A stretch of 64,000 nt of DNA from Candidatus Iainarchaeum sp. (GCA_043809245.1 JAZDDZ010000047.1:1-64000), one strand, 5' to 3'. Positions 37,784-47,202 are shown, numbered from the stretch's first letter. The notes: a model not told the origin generated them from the sequence alone. Numbers and translations are program-made.

Positions 37784-38461
37784 ATGCTTAAACACATTTT
37801 AGTTATTCCTGATGGCAATAGACGATACGCAAAAGAACGTAACTGTTCACTTCAGGAAATATACGACTATGCAATAATAGAACTTACAACCAAACTATTA
37901 AAATTTTTCCTAATTGAGAAAAACATCCCAGAAGTTACTATCTACGGTATTTCTTTAAACAATATCCTAAAAAGAAAAGCCGAAGAACTTGAACCAATTT
38001 TTAAGCCACAGATAAAAGCCTATAAAAAATGGTTAACTGATAATGATTTTAAGAATGCCCAAGTCGCATTTAGGTTTTTTGGGGAGATTGAAAAACTTCC
38101 TAAAAATTACAAAAAAATTATTAAAGAATTGGAAGCCGCAGCCCCAAAAAAACCAAAAAAAATGTGCAATCTTTTGGTTGGCTATGACGCAGAAGCAGAG
38201 ATAGTTAATGCTATAAATTGTGCACAAAAAAATAAAGGCAGAATATCCCAAGAAAAATTGCGTGATTTCTTACAACTAAAAACGCCAATTGATGTTGTTT
38301 TTCGCTCAGGTTATGAAAAGAGACTATCGGGAGCACCTTTAATTCAATCTAGCCAAGCAGAGCTGATATTTGCTGACTACTATTACCCCGAATTAAATAA
38401 AAAAAGAATGGAAGGAATAATAGAAGAATACAATAATAGAAAAAGGAGGCATGGCCAATGA
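37784..38461 (+). CDS. Divergent cis-prenyltransferase (UppS fold)
   Basis: HILVIPDGNRRYA, RSGYEKRLSG, AELIF..YPE. Confidence 0.8.
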   Translation: MLKHILVIPDGNRRYAKERNCSLQEIYDYAIIELTTKLLKFFLIEKNIPEVTIYGISLNNILKRKAEELEPIFKPQIKAYKKWLTDNDFKNAQVAFRFFGEIEKLPKNYKKIIKELEAAAPKKPKKMCNLLVGYDAEAEIVNAINCAQKNKGRISQEKLRDFLQLKTPIDVVFRSGYEKRLSGAPLIQSSQAELIFADYYYPELNKKRMEGIIEEYNNRKRRHGQ

Positions 38462-39021
38462 TAGACTTATTCCAGAAATTACTAATGATGCAACAAATAA
38501 AGTTCGAAGAAGGCAATATTAGGTTATTCGGTCGAAGAATGGTTCTTTCTCCTGCAGAGATGCCAATCGCGATGACCGACTATATGTTAAATCATCCACA
38601 AGCGATTCCCGAAATATATGAAAAAATTAGGGTTAATATTGAGACTGGTTGGGCAGAAGCAGTACATGATCTTTATAAATTTGGAAGGCGAAATTACATT
38701 GACACTATGAAAGACATAGGAACGTTAAGTGGGTGGGGAAATCATCAATTTCTAACCTATGATGCAGAAAAATTAGAAGGTCTTGTCAGAACACCTAATT
38801 CTCCTGTGGGTGAATATTATAAAAATAAAGTAAAAGAGCCAGTAGACCATATTTTTAGGGGGTTAGCTGCCGGTGTTGGAAGCGCAATACTAAAAAAAGA
38901 GATGGATTGGATAGAGACAAAATGTATTGGAAAAGGAGATCCTTATTGTGAAATGCTTTTTAAGTTGCGAGAAAATATTACTTCTGAAGAAAGAAAAAAA
39001 TATATAAATCAACTTCCTTAA
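38458..39021 (+). CDS. V4R (4-vinyl reductase) ligand-binding domain protein
   Basis: GRRMVL, SGWG, HIFRGLAAG, ETKCIGKGDPYCE. Confidence 0.85.
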   Translation: MIDLFQKLLMMQQIKFEEGNIRLFGRRMVLSPAEMPIAMTDYMLNHPQAIPEIYEKIRVNIETGWAEAVHDLYKFGRRNYIDTMKDIGTLSGWGNHQFLTYDAEKLEGLVRTPNSPVGEYYKNKVKEPVDHIFRGLAAGVGSAILKKEMDWIETKCIGKGDPYCEMLFKLRENITSEERKKYINQLP

Positions 39022-39032
39022 CGGTAGTTATT

Positions 39033-39887
39033 ATGAGATTAAGTTTTAGTGATTTGCTAAGCATTTTTGTACCCCATTATATATTGTCTGCCGTTATAAC
39101 GACTTTTTTTGTTTTTTTCCTATCCTCAGGAAGCGTAGTTGAGCAAAATTTGATTTTTGGCATTATTTTATATGCCACTTGCATTGTTGCATTTAACGCA
39201 TATAACATGGTTTTTGATGAGGACATCGACAGCATAAATAAGCCGCTTAGACCAATCCCATCCAAAAAAATTTCGAAGGGTAAAATATTATCATTGAGTA
39301 TATCCCTCTTTTTATTGAGTATTTTTTTGGCAATATTGGTGAACTGGCAGTTGTCGATTTTATTCTTCGCGTTTTTTATTGAAGCTATAATTTATTCAAC
39401 ACCCCCTCTTCGTTTAAGGAAAATTTTATTTTTCCATAACCTAAACGCCACTTTAATTTTTGGGCTAATCCCTATTTTTATAAGCCGAATTGTGACTGGG
39501 CTTATATTGCCGCTGGAATTCTCGTTCTATCTCATTAGTTTAATTTTTGTTACAGCAACTGTTAAAGACTACGAAGATATTAGTGGCGAAAAGAAATTTA
39601 AAATAAAAACAATCCCTAATTATTTTGGAATTGATATTTCAAATAAATTTATTTTATTTGGCTATTTCTTTCTGCACTTCTTTATGGCGCTTTTTTTTAT
39701 TTTTATTAAATTTAGCAGTGGTCTTTTATTTGCGGCTATTTGCGGCATTATATTTTCGTTAACAATTTATTCAAAGTTAGTAAACTTTGAGAATTCTACC
39801 GAAACGAAAATCCACTCTCCGCTAGTTAATTTTGTTTTATTTTTTACCTATTTAGTTCAGCTAATTTTTATAATAGTACCCCGATAA
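39033..39887 (+). CDS. UbiA family membrane prenyltransferase
   Basis: NMVFDEDIDSINKPLRPIPS, YSTPPLRL, KDYEDISGE; multi-TM. Confidence 0.9.
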   Translation: MRLSFSDLLSIFVPHYILSAVITTFFVFFLSSGSVVEQNLIFGIILYATCIVAFNAYNMVFDEDIDSINKPLRPIPSKKISKGKILSLSISLFLLSIFLAILVNWQLSILFFAFFIEAIIYSTPPLRLRKILFFHNLNATLIFGLIPIFISRIVTGLILPLEFSFYLISLIFVTATVKDYEDISGEKKFKIKTIPNYFGIDISNKFILFGYFFLHFFMALFFIFIKFSSGLLFAAICGIIFSLTIYSKLVNFENSTETKIHSPLVNFVLFFTYLVQLIFIIVPR

Positions 39888-39891
39888 ATCG

Positions 39892-40965
39892 CTAATAAAA
39901 CAATTTTTTCAAGCTATATTTTTTTCGCCAATTGTCTATTTCAAGGCGTATTTTTAACTTAGATACTAGCTGGTCTAAAGTTATGGGAATTTTGTTGTAT
40001 TCACTGACATCAATTTTATCTGAAAAAATTAGTTTCTCGAAATCCTCATCCGCCATATGCTCGTATATTATCCGTCTCTTTAACGCTGCCAACAACTCTG
40101 ATTCGATAGCACCTTTCCAAATTGTATCATAATTTGTCTTGTTAATAATAGATTGAGCTGCTGCGATTGCACTTTCAAGGCAATAATTGACTCCAAATCC
40201 CCTTGCTGCATCTACAAAACCCGCTGCTGATCCAATAAACTTAATTTTATTTATTTCCGCAGTCTTTGGAACATTAGCATAAGTAAAACCGCCGAATTTG
40301 TCTGCAGAACTACTATTTTCTATGATTTTGGATATTATCATATTCTCCTTCAAAAACCTTTCAAAGAGCAAAGGCAAGTTTGCATTTAAGTTAAAACTTA
40401 CCTCGCCAATGCTGGCTTCATGCTTTCCGTAAGGTATTAACCCTAAATATCCGTGGGGCGCAAATTCATTATTCAGAAAAAATAAAATTGTATCTTTTTG
40501 AACGGTCACATCCTTAAAATGAACACCGTAATACGCAATATTTCTGAAAATAGAACTTGAAGAAACAATCTCTGCATTTTTCAAGTTTTTATTTTCTTTA
40601 AATTGAAATTTAACCCCTTCATCTTCTGCCTGTTCAAAAAGCTGGGAATCAAAAGAAGTCAATGCCTCTCCGCGCCGAAATATGTAGAACAGTGGTTCTT
40701 TTGAATTAATTTCCATTTTCCTGCCTGACGGCGAATATTTTGTTATTTTATATATTGGTTTAGTATAGTTTAAATCCAAACCCTCTTTTCTAAATTTCTG
40801 GAGCTGTCCATAATCCGGACCATAATTCCTTATAGCTTGAATATTTTCGCCTGTGTTGAGCCCTATTGCGCGGTTCTTTTCAAAGACAGAGGCCCTTTCG
40901 CCGCCCTTTGCCAAGATTATTGCTGCTGAAAGCCCCGCAATGCCCGCCCCAATTATTTTTTGCAT
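39892..40965 (-). CDS. FAD-dependent oxidoreductase, geranylgeranyl-reductase-like
   Basis: IIGAGIAGLSAA, APHGY, GSAAGFVD..GFGV. Confidence 0.8.
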   Translation of the reverse strand: MQKIIGAGIAGLSAAIILAKGGERASVFEKNRAIGLNTGENIQAIRNYGPDYGQLQKFRKEGLDLNYTKPIYKITKYSPSGRKMEINSKEPLFYIFRRGEALTSFDSQLFEQAEDEGVKFQFKENKNLKNAEIVSSSSIFRNIAYYGVHFKDVTVQKDTILFFLNNEFAPHGYLGLIPYGKHEASIGEVSFNLNANLPLLFERFLKENMIISKIIENSSSADKFGGFTYANVPKTAEINKIKFIGSAAGFVDAARGFGVNYCLESAIAAAQSIINKTNYDTIWKGAIESELLAALKRRIIYEHMADEDFEKLIFSDKIDVSEYNKIPITLDQLVSKLKIRLEIDNWRKKYSLKKLFY

Positions 40966-41067
40966 GTATAGTAATAAGCGCTTTTCATTTTTAAACTTTA
41001 GTAGATTATTATTTTAACTGAAAACCACCAAAAATGGATAAAAAGCTTATTTAACGCTAAAGCCGAC

Positions 41068-41910
41068 TTATTTTCTTCGTTTATTCTCCTTATACACCTT
41101 TTCAGCCTCTTCCCTCAACTTATCCGCCAGCGACGCGTTTTTCGTGATTAGCACGTTTATTTCCGTCTTTTTCGCGCATAATTCGAACAATTTTGGAAGA
41201 TCCACTTCTTTTTGTGCTTTGGTTTCTTCGCACATTTTTTCAAATTCTTGGTAGTATTTTGACTCAAAGTACACTTGGCAGATAAAATCCCCCTGTACAA
41301 ATGTGTCAATTGTGGTGGAAAAGTTAACGCCTGTTAGGTTCTTTTTGCCCATTCCCGTGAGGTATGACGCAAAATATCTGTCCAAAAAGGTATTTTCTTT
41401 TGCAAAACCGTAATGCATATGATCTGTGAAAACTTTTTTCAAATTCTCATGCTCTGTTTCGCTTATGCCTGTTATCGGATAATGGTGTTTCCAGAAACAA
41501 ATGCAATCCTTGTTTTTTTCATTCGGGAATTTTAGAAAATACTCGTTTATCAGGAATTTTCCTAGTTCAATCATGGAATTGAACGTGAGGTGAATTGATC
41601 CGCTGAAATTTTCCGGATCCATTTTGTTGTTTGCGTAAACCTCACTTAAGGTATTGCTGAACTGTCTCACTTTTGAAATCCAATCCTTGTTCAATGACAA
41701 GCCTTTGCCGTTCTTTGTTATAATGCCTTCTTCCTGAAGCAGCGTTATAATCTTATGTGCCGCCTGGTAAGACATTTCACAGCTATACTCCCTTTGCAGC
41801 GTCTTGTATATCTCGTTTGGAGTTAAAGGCCATTTTCTGGACAGAATTGAAACAATTTTGTCTTTAGTGGAAGTGGAGTTCAGTTCGGGGATAGTGATGC
41901 TTATCGTCAT
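41068..41910 (-). CDS. Winged-helix regulator paralog 1 (wHTH plus unknown C-terminal domain)
   Basis: STKDKIVSILSRKWPLT..SYQAAHK..LNKDW. Confidence 0.7.
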   Translation of the reverse strand: MTISITIPELNSTSTKDKIVSILSRKWPLTPNEIYKTLQREYSCEMSYQAAHKIITLLQEEGIITKNGKGLSLNKDWISKVRQFSNTLSEVYANNKMDPENFSGSIHLTFNSMIELGKFLINEYFLKFPNEKNKDCICFWKHHYPITGISETEHENLKKVFTDHMHYGFAKENTFLDRYFASYLTGMGKKNLTGVNFSTTIDTFVQGDFICQVYFESKYYQEFEKMCEETKAQKEVDLPKLFELCAKKTEINVLITKNASLADKLREEAEKVYKENKRRK

Positions 41911-42326
41911 TTTCTCTCGCCTCCGTAAGCAGCAATTAACTGGTTTCTTATGAAGTCAGCCATTTCTTTGTCTTTTTCGAAGGTAACTGTCATGTGAATT
42001 TTTCTTGATAGCGTCTTGTTTCTGGCGAAATCCATGAAAAGGCTGCCTGCAAGGTTTTTCGAGAAAACCTCCATTTTTTTAGCCCACTCGCGGTTCAAAA
42101 AAATCTTTTTGTCATCGGATTTAAGCAGAATTCCTTCGCCAAGCATTTGGTTCACGATTTTGTGAAGCGCCTGATAGGACAGCTGCCTTTCACCGTTTTC
42201 CTTCAAAAAAGAATGAATTTCGTTAACCGAAGCGCCTTTGTCAACGGAAATGCAGGACAAAATAAACGAACGAGTGGAAGAGCCAGCAATCAGATTGCCG
42301 TTGAATGAGGTATTTGGCAGATTCAT
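41907..42326 (-). CDS. Winged-helix regulator paralog 2 (short)
   Basis: SYQALHK..EGIL..LNREW. Confidence 0.65.
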   Translation of the reverse strand: MNLPNTSFNGNLIAGSSTRSFILSCISVDKGASVNEIHSFLKENGERQLSYQALHKIVNQMLGEGILLKSDDKKIFLNREWAKKMEVFSKNLAGSLFMDFARNKTLSRKIHMTVTFEKDKEMADFIRNQLIAAYGGERK

Positions 42327-43174
42327 TTTCCCACCCCCTCAAAGTATTTTCTTGCTTGTGCGTGGATTTGTTCTGCGGCGATTGGGTTGCGGTTAATTGT
42401 TAAAATGACTTTTGTTTTAAGCGCGCAGACGCTTTTGTATAATTCAATTATGTCCATTTCTTCGATTTTTTCAATTCCGTGAAGGGAGCCATGCAATGCT
42501 TCTTTTAGGTTGTCGCCGAAATAAGCAGTAACTATGCTGTCGCCTGGAACGATTATGTCACAATGTTTTTGTACGGGAATGCCCAGTTTTGGCTTCCATC
42601 CAATTTTTTGATAATAGCCTGCAATCCATTGGTCTGCTTTTTCAGTGCTTGAGCAAATCATGTGGTGATCATATTTTTCCCCCATGCGCAAAAGCTTTTC
42701 AAGGTATTTTTTCCCTAAAATCATTGGAAACCAGTTCCAATAATGATTTAAAAAAGAGGATCCAATACGCGTCTTATTTGAATCAAAGAAATCATTATCC
42801 AATCCGTCGATGACGAATTCGTACATTGCCCAAAGCGTGCTGAATTCCACTTGGGTCGTGGTTAAATCGATTTTTTGCCCAAAGCCTGAGCCGGAATAGC
42901 TGTTTTGGAGTTTTTCCGAGTAATCCTGCATTTTGTTGATCCATTCCTTGGAGATTTTCAGCTGCGAATTGATTTCTTCTAGAATGCCCGCGTCAAGCAG
43001 TTCTTTGGCTGTTTTGTGGACCGCTTGATAGGACACGTCAAGGGAATAGTTTTTCTTTAAAGCCGAATGAATTTCTTTAACCGATAAGGGCCATTGGCTG
43101 GCAAGCACTTCAATTATAAGTTCCTTGGATGACTTTGAACGCGAATTAAGGTTGGGAAGAAAAAGGTCAGTCAT
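42323..43174 (-). CDS. Winged-helix regulator paralog 3
   Basis: WPLSVKEIH..SYQAVHK..ISKEW; HYW motif. Confidence 0.7.
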   Translation of the reverse strand: MTDLFLPNLNSRSKSSKELIIEVLASQWPLSVKEIHSALKKNYSLDVSYQAVHKTAKELLDAGILEEINSQLKISKEWINKMQDYSEKLQNSYSGSGFGQKIDLTTTQVEFSTLWAMYEFVIDGLDNDFFDSNKTRIGSSFLNHYWNWFPMILGKKYLEKLLRMGEKYDHHMICSSTEKADQWIAGYYQKIGWKPKLGIPVQKHCDIIVPGDSIVTAYFGDNLKEALHGSLHGIEKIEEMDIIELYKSVCALKTKVILTINRNPIAAEQIHAQARKYFEGVGK

Positions 43175-44034
43175 TGCTTTCGCCCCCCTTCAAAGTGTTT
43201 TTGGACGTTTTCTTTTATTTGTTTTGCGAGTGCGGGGTTTTTGGCTATGATTATGGGGATTTGGGTTTTTTTGAGGAAGATGTTGTCGAATAAGTGTTTG
43301 ACGTCCAGGTCTTGGATGTTTTTGGTTTTGGAGAAAAAGCCGTTGATTTCTTTCATGAGGCTTTTCGGGTAAAAGGCTTGAAGCACTAAGTCGCCCATTG
43401 CAATGATGTCGTTGTCTCCGTAGTTGACTCCGCTTTTGCTGGAAAAGCCTTGTTTGTTCCAGAATTCAGAGCACCATTTGTCAATGACATTGCTGCCCTT
43501 CACTATGCTGTAGATTTTGGCTGTTTTGGGAATAAGCTTTAATTTTTCGTATTCTTTCATTGAAAGGAAAAGCGGCAGCCAGTAGTGCTGCCACTGCCAG
43601 GCAATTGCTTCCCCGTCCCCGGGATAATTTGTGACAAAAAAATCCAAAATGAACTTGTCTGCTTCATGCATTGATTCAAAGGAAAACGAGGACTCGCTAA
43701 AAGAAGGCGAAGCCTTTTTATCAAAGTAAGCCGAGTGAATGGAGTGGCTTGCGTTTTTGAGCTCTTCAATCCACTTCCTGTTCAGCGAATAATTTTTTTC
43801 GCTTTTTTCAAGCACTCCATCCAATACAAGCTGTGAAATGATTTTATGCGTTGCCTGGTAAGAAGAAGAAAAACCATTGCCCTTTGCCAAAGCGTTATGG
43901 ATTTTGCGCGCTGAAAGAGGCCATTCATTGCTCAGCAAGGAAATAACCTTATCCCTTGTAGAGGAAGCCTTTCCATTCAGTTGTGGAACAATAAAACCCG
44001 ACGCCAAAAAAAACCACACCTGAAATATATACAT
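43171..44034 (-). CDS. Winged-helix regulator paralog 4
   Basis: WPLSARKIH..SYQATHK..LNRKW; HYW motif. Confidence 0.7.
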   Translation of the reverse strand: MYIFQVWFFLASGFIVPQLNGKASSTRDKVISLLSNEWPLSARKIHNALAKGNGFSSSYQATHKIISQLVLDGVLEKSEKNYSLNRKWIEELKNASHSIHSAYFDKKASPSFSESSFSFESMHEADKFILDFFVTNYPGDGEAIAWQWQHYWLPLFLSMKEYEKLKLIPKTAKIYSIVKGSNVIDKWCSEFWNKQGFSSKSGVNYGDNDIIAMGDLVLQAFYPKSLMKEINGFFSKTKNIQDLDVKHLFDNIFLKKTQIPIIIAKNPALAKQIKENVQKHFEGGRKQ

Positions 44035-44138
44035 AAACGGAAAAGAATAAAAGCAGCTTTCCGCGAAAAAAACAATGAAAAAACGGCTTTAAATGGGTTT
44101 AATTGGCTAATAAAGCGCTTTTAGGGCTTTTTCGGAAA

Positions 44139-44154
44139 TCAACTTTTTGGTTGA
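44139..44154. promoter_or_regulatory. TCAAC-N6-GTTGA inverted repeat upstream of the wHTH operon
   Basis: TCAACTTTTTGGTTGA. Confidence 0.5.
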
Positions 44155-44178
44155 TTTTTTCCTGGGCGAAGCGTTGAT

Positions 44179-44487
44179 TTATTTTGCCAGGTTTTTCAGC
44201 TCTTCGTTTAGGTCTTCAATTGAATACTGTGATTTGAAGCCTTTTTTAACCAGGTATTGCTCTAGTTCCCAGACCGTTGAATTTGACAGCTCCGCTGCCA
44301 TGCTTATTGTTATTTTTCCCGCCATATAGTTTTCTGCTGCCTTTTTTTTGACATAATCGCCGTAACCTTCCTCTAACAGCAGGCGGATTATCGTTGACCT
44401 GTCAAAGTGCTCTGCTTTGCTTAGCCGGTCTATTTTTTCCAAAAGCCCTTTGTCAAGCCTTATCCCTATTGCCTTTGCTTTCTCCAT
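44179..44487 (-). CDS. UPF0175-like RHH/HTH antitoxin
   Basis: IGIRLD..DRSTIIR; GKITISMAAEL. Confidence 0.75.
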   Translation of the reverse strand: MEKAKAIGIRLDKGLLEKIDRLSKAEHFDRSTIIRLLLEEGYGDYVKKKAAENYMAGKITISMAAELSNSTVWELEQYLVKKGFKSQYSIEDLNEELKNLAK

Positions 44488-44989
44488 TTTTTTCCACCTC
44501 CAGCAGTATTTTGTCAAGCACTTGGCTGCCGAACCAGCCAATCTTCCTCAGCTTGTTCAGCGCCTCAGCGGTTTTGCCCGAATCAATTGCCTTGACCTTG
44601 AAAAGCGCCAGGATAATTGAAGGGGTTCCAATCAAGTTAAGCCCCAAAACCGCCTTTTTGCTTCTTACATTGTCGTCATCCGAAACCAATAAGCCGGCAT
44701 TCTCCTGCCAGTAAAGCGCAACTGCCTCCGCCTCGCCCCCGAAAATGTTGAAGTTATTCGCATTTTTAACTAGCTGTTTTTTTGACACCCCTTTAACCTT
44801 AATCCATTTCTCTTTAACCAGGCGCTCAATCAGAAAAGAGTCGGCATAGCCCTTTTCTTTTCCCGTACTCACTGCTTCGGCAAAAACAAGTTCAGGGATA
44901 AGTACCTCCTTGAAATGGCGGCAGCTCTTCTCAAGCAGGGAAATCTTCGCCAAATGAATCAAAACCATTGCGTCATTTACAACAAGCAC
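44453..44989 (-). CDS. PIN domain protein (DUF3368-like); start probably GTG 44989
   Basis: VVNDAMVLIHLAKI, GEAEAVAL, SDD. Confidence 0.8.
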   Translation of the reverse strand: MLVVNDAMVLIHLAKISLLEKSCRHFKEVLIPELVFAEAVSTGKEKGYADSFLIERLVKEKWIKVKGVSKKQLVKNANNFNIFGGEAEAVALYWQENAGLLVSDDDNVRSKKAVLGLNLIGTPSIILALFKVKAIDSGKTAEALNKLRKIGWFGSQVLDKILLEVEKNGESKGNRDKA

Positions 44990-45318
44990 AGTCTCTGTAA
45001 TACAATGTGCACAATGTATATATATTCTTTTCGTTTGGTGTTTAAAGGATAGGCGCCAACCTTTGCCTATAGCTTTTGGGAACCGCATGCGCGATTCTTT
45101 CTTTTTGAAGAACAATTTTGGTTTAAATCTTTCTTTTAAAAGAAAGATATGCTTGCAAGGCATAATGCCTGCCGTGTATTCAAATTCAATGCTGCTTTTG
45201 GGCTTTTTTATCTGTGACTCTAAAAGCTCTTTTTCTTTCAATGACTGCAATAAATTATTTATAAAGGTTTCAATAAACGTTGAAACCTATAAAAACAGGC
45301 GCAAATCCCTCCAGCTAA

Positions 45319-45358
45319 AGTATCACTTTTTAGTGATACTATCACTATTTAGTGATAC
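45319..45358. promoter_or_regulatory. Tandem TATCAC/GTGATA palindromes, probable autoregulatory operator
   Basis: AGTATCACTTTTTAGTGATACTATCACTATTTAGTGATAC before ATG 45390. Confidence 0.65.
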
Positions 45359-45389
45359 CTTTAAAAGCTTGTTTGCGCATGGTTTTTGT

Positions 45390-45992
45390 ATGAAGCTGAC
45401 TTCAAAGAAGACGTATAAGGTCATTTATTTTTTGCTTGGGAACAGGGGTTTTACGCAGCTGCAGGCTTCAAGGGAGTTGGGCGTTTCTTTCGGGCTCGTT
45501 AACCGTGTCGTTCAGTGGCTTGTAAGCAAAAGGTTCGTTGAGAAACAGAAAAACGGCTATTATTTGACTGACCCTTCGGGTTTGGCTGCATTGTTCGCGT
45601 TTAACCGTGACATGAATTCTTTGCTGGCGGAAAAAATTCTTTTGGCTCTGCCTAAAGCAGGTGCTTTGGAAAGGATTCCGAAAAACTGCGTTTTGTGCCT
45701 TGACTCTGCTTTGGAGAATTATTCCGGCTATTATCGCTCTAACCGCGTGTGCGTTTACGCTGAAGGCAATAAAGAGTTGAAGGAAATCGGAAAGGCGTTT
45801 CAGGGGGAGCCGAAGGGAAACACCGAGTTATGGGTTTTCAAGCCAGACCTTGAACCTGAAACCGTTAAATTAAAGGGAAGGCTGGTGGTCTCCAAGCTTA
45901 GGACTTTGATTGACTTGGTTTGCGACAATAAAACATTTTATGCAAAAGACCTTTTCAAAGAACTGTGGGGGGTTGAATTGCTTGAATCATGA
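45390..45992 (+). CDS. wHTH protein, AbiEi-like antitoxin (paralog of 34154-34774)
   Basis: FTQ..EL..S..LVN, LCLDSAL, SKLRTLIDLVCDN. Confidence 0.65.
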   Translation: MKLTSKKTYKVIYFLLGNRGFTQLQASRELGVSFGLVNRVVQWLVSKRFVEKQKNGYYLTDPSGLAALFAFNRDMNSLLAEKILLALPKAGALERIPKNCVLCLDSALENYSGYYRSNRVCVYAEGNKELKEIGKAFQGEPKGNTELWVFKPDLEPETVKLKGRLVVSKLRTLIDLVCDNKTFYAKDLFKELWGVELLES

Positions 45993-46329
45993 AACTTTTG
46001 GCTATGGCTTAGAGGCAACGCAGAAATCATTCAAGGAACTGGAGGGCTTAGCCGCATGGCTGAACATCCACGGCCATTCGCCTATAGTCATAGGCGGCTG
46101 GGCAACTTTTTTTTATGTGAAGGGAATGGGAAGCAGGGACATTGACTTGATTCTTCCGAAAACCGCTCTGCCTGCAATTCAAAAACAGCAATTGAACGCA
46201 AAGATTTGGAAAGACGAGCAGGACATCAAGGCGCTTCTTGCATTGCCGTTGGATCAGGAAAAGCTTGAAGAATTGCTTAAAAAAACAGGGTTCAAGGAAG
46301 AATATGAAAACGCGGCAAGCCAACTCTAA
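45982..46329 (+). pseudogene. Nucleotidyltransferase with a large in-frame internal deletion
   Basis: VIGGWA..SRDIDL is followed almost directly by the C-terminal KDEQDI..LLKKTGF seen in 34719-35447. Confidence 0.65.
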
Positions 46330-46344
46330 TGCTGCCCAGTAAGC

Positions 46345-47202
46345 CCGCTATAGGCTTTCCTTGTCTCCCCGCTGAATTTGTTCAGCCCATCCCATTGCCT
46401 GCAATTCACTTAAACCCTATTATTATTGAAGAGTTGAGGTTTCTGTACGCCACTTCGGTTTTAAAGCCCGCGGCGTTCAGGAATTTGAGGTTATTGTTGA
46501 GTGAGGCGTATTGGTGGTGCTTGCCGTCAATTGAGAGTATTTTGTCCCTGAATTCTTTTCCGTTTTCTTTTTCCATGTGGCCAGCCCATTTTGAATGGAG
46601 GTACTCATTCAATTCTTTTGAATCGCTTGCCATTACATCCGCTAAAATGAATGCCCCGCCCTGTTTTAATGAATCGTAAACTTTTTTGTAAGCCTTTTGC
46701 TTGTCTGCATCGGAGAGGTGATGGTAAACAATGGAGCTTACCGCCAAATCAAACTCGTTTTTCCTGTCAAGGTTAATCACGTCATCGCAGACAGCCTTGA
46801 AGTCAAATCCCTTGAATCTTTTGTTTGCGCATTCCGCCATTTTATCCGAAACATCAAATGCCAATACGCTTGCCTTTGGCTTGGCTTCCAGGGCTGCCTT
46901 GCTGGTGTTCCCTGTTCCAGCCCCCAAATCCAATATTCTCGGCGACTCTGAATGCCCGCAGAACAGGTTAACCATTTCCCTGATTGTTGAAACCATTTCA
47001 GCATAGGATATAACGGTTCCATGCACGAATGACTCGTATTCTTCCACTCTTTTGTTGAAAAGTTCCTTTGTTTTTTCCTTGTTCTCATTAGCCATGTCAT
47101 TCCCCCCAAAAACTTTTTTTTAAAATTTTTTAGAACGTTCAAGCAATTGGTTTGCCGGTTCACCGCCATAGGCTTTTCTTGTTTCCCCGCTGAATTTGTC
47201 CA
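46345..47202 (+). repeat. 40-bp direct repeats (46345-46384, 47163-47202) flanking the methyltransferase
   Basis: CCGCYATAGGCTTTYCTTGTYTCCCCGCTGAATTTGTYCA, 36/40 identical. Confidence 0.75.
46406..47095 (-). CDS. Class I SAM-dependent methyltransferase (CmoA-like)
   Basis: ILDLGAGTG, DVSDKM, VYHHL, LKQGG. Confidence 0.9.
   Translation of the reverse strand: MANENKEKTKELFNKRVEEYESFVHGTVISYAEMVSTIREMVNLFCGHSESPRILDLGAGTGNTSKAALEAKPKASVLAFDVSDKMAECANKRFKGFDFKAVCDDVINLDRKNEFDLAVSSIVYHHLSDADKQKAYKKVYDSLKQGGAFILADVMASDSKELNEYLHSKWAGHMEKENGKEFRDKILSIDGKHHQYASLNNNLKFLNAAGFKTEVAYRNLNSSIIIGFK

Noticed and set aside
45063-45389. Long overlapping N-terminal extensions of ORFs 45063-45992 and 44453-45250
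   Set aside because: Recognisable domains start at 45390 and 44989; the interval holds promoter/operator sequence
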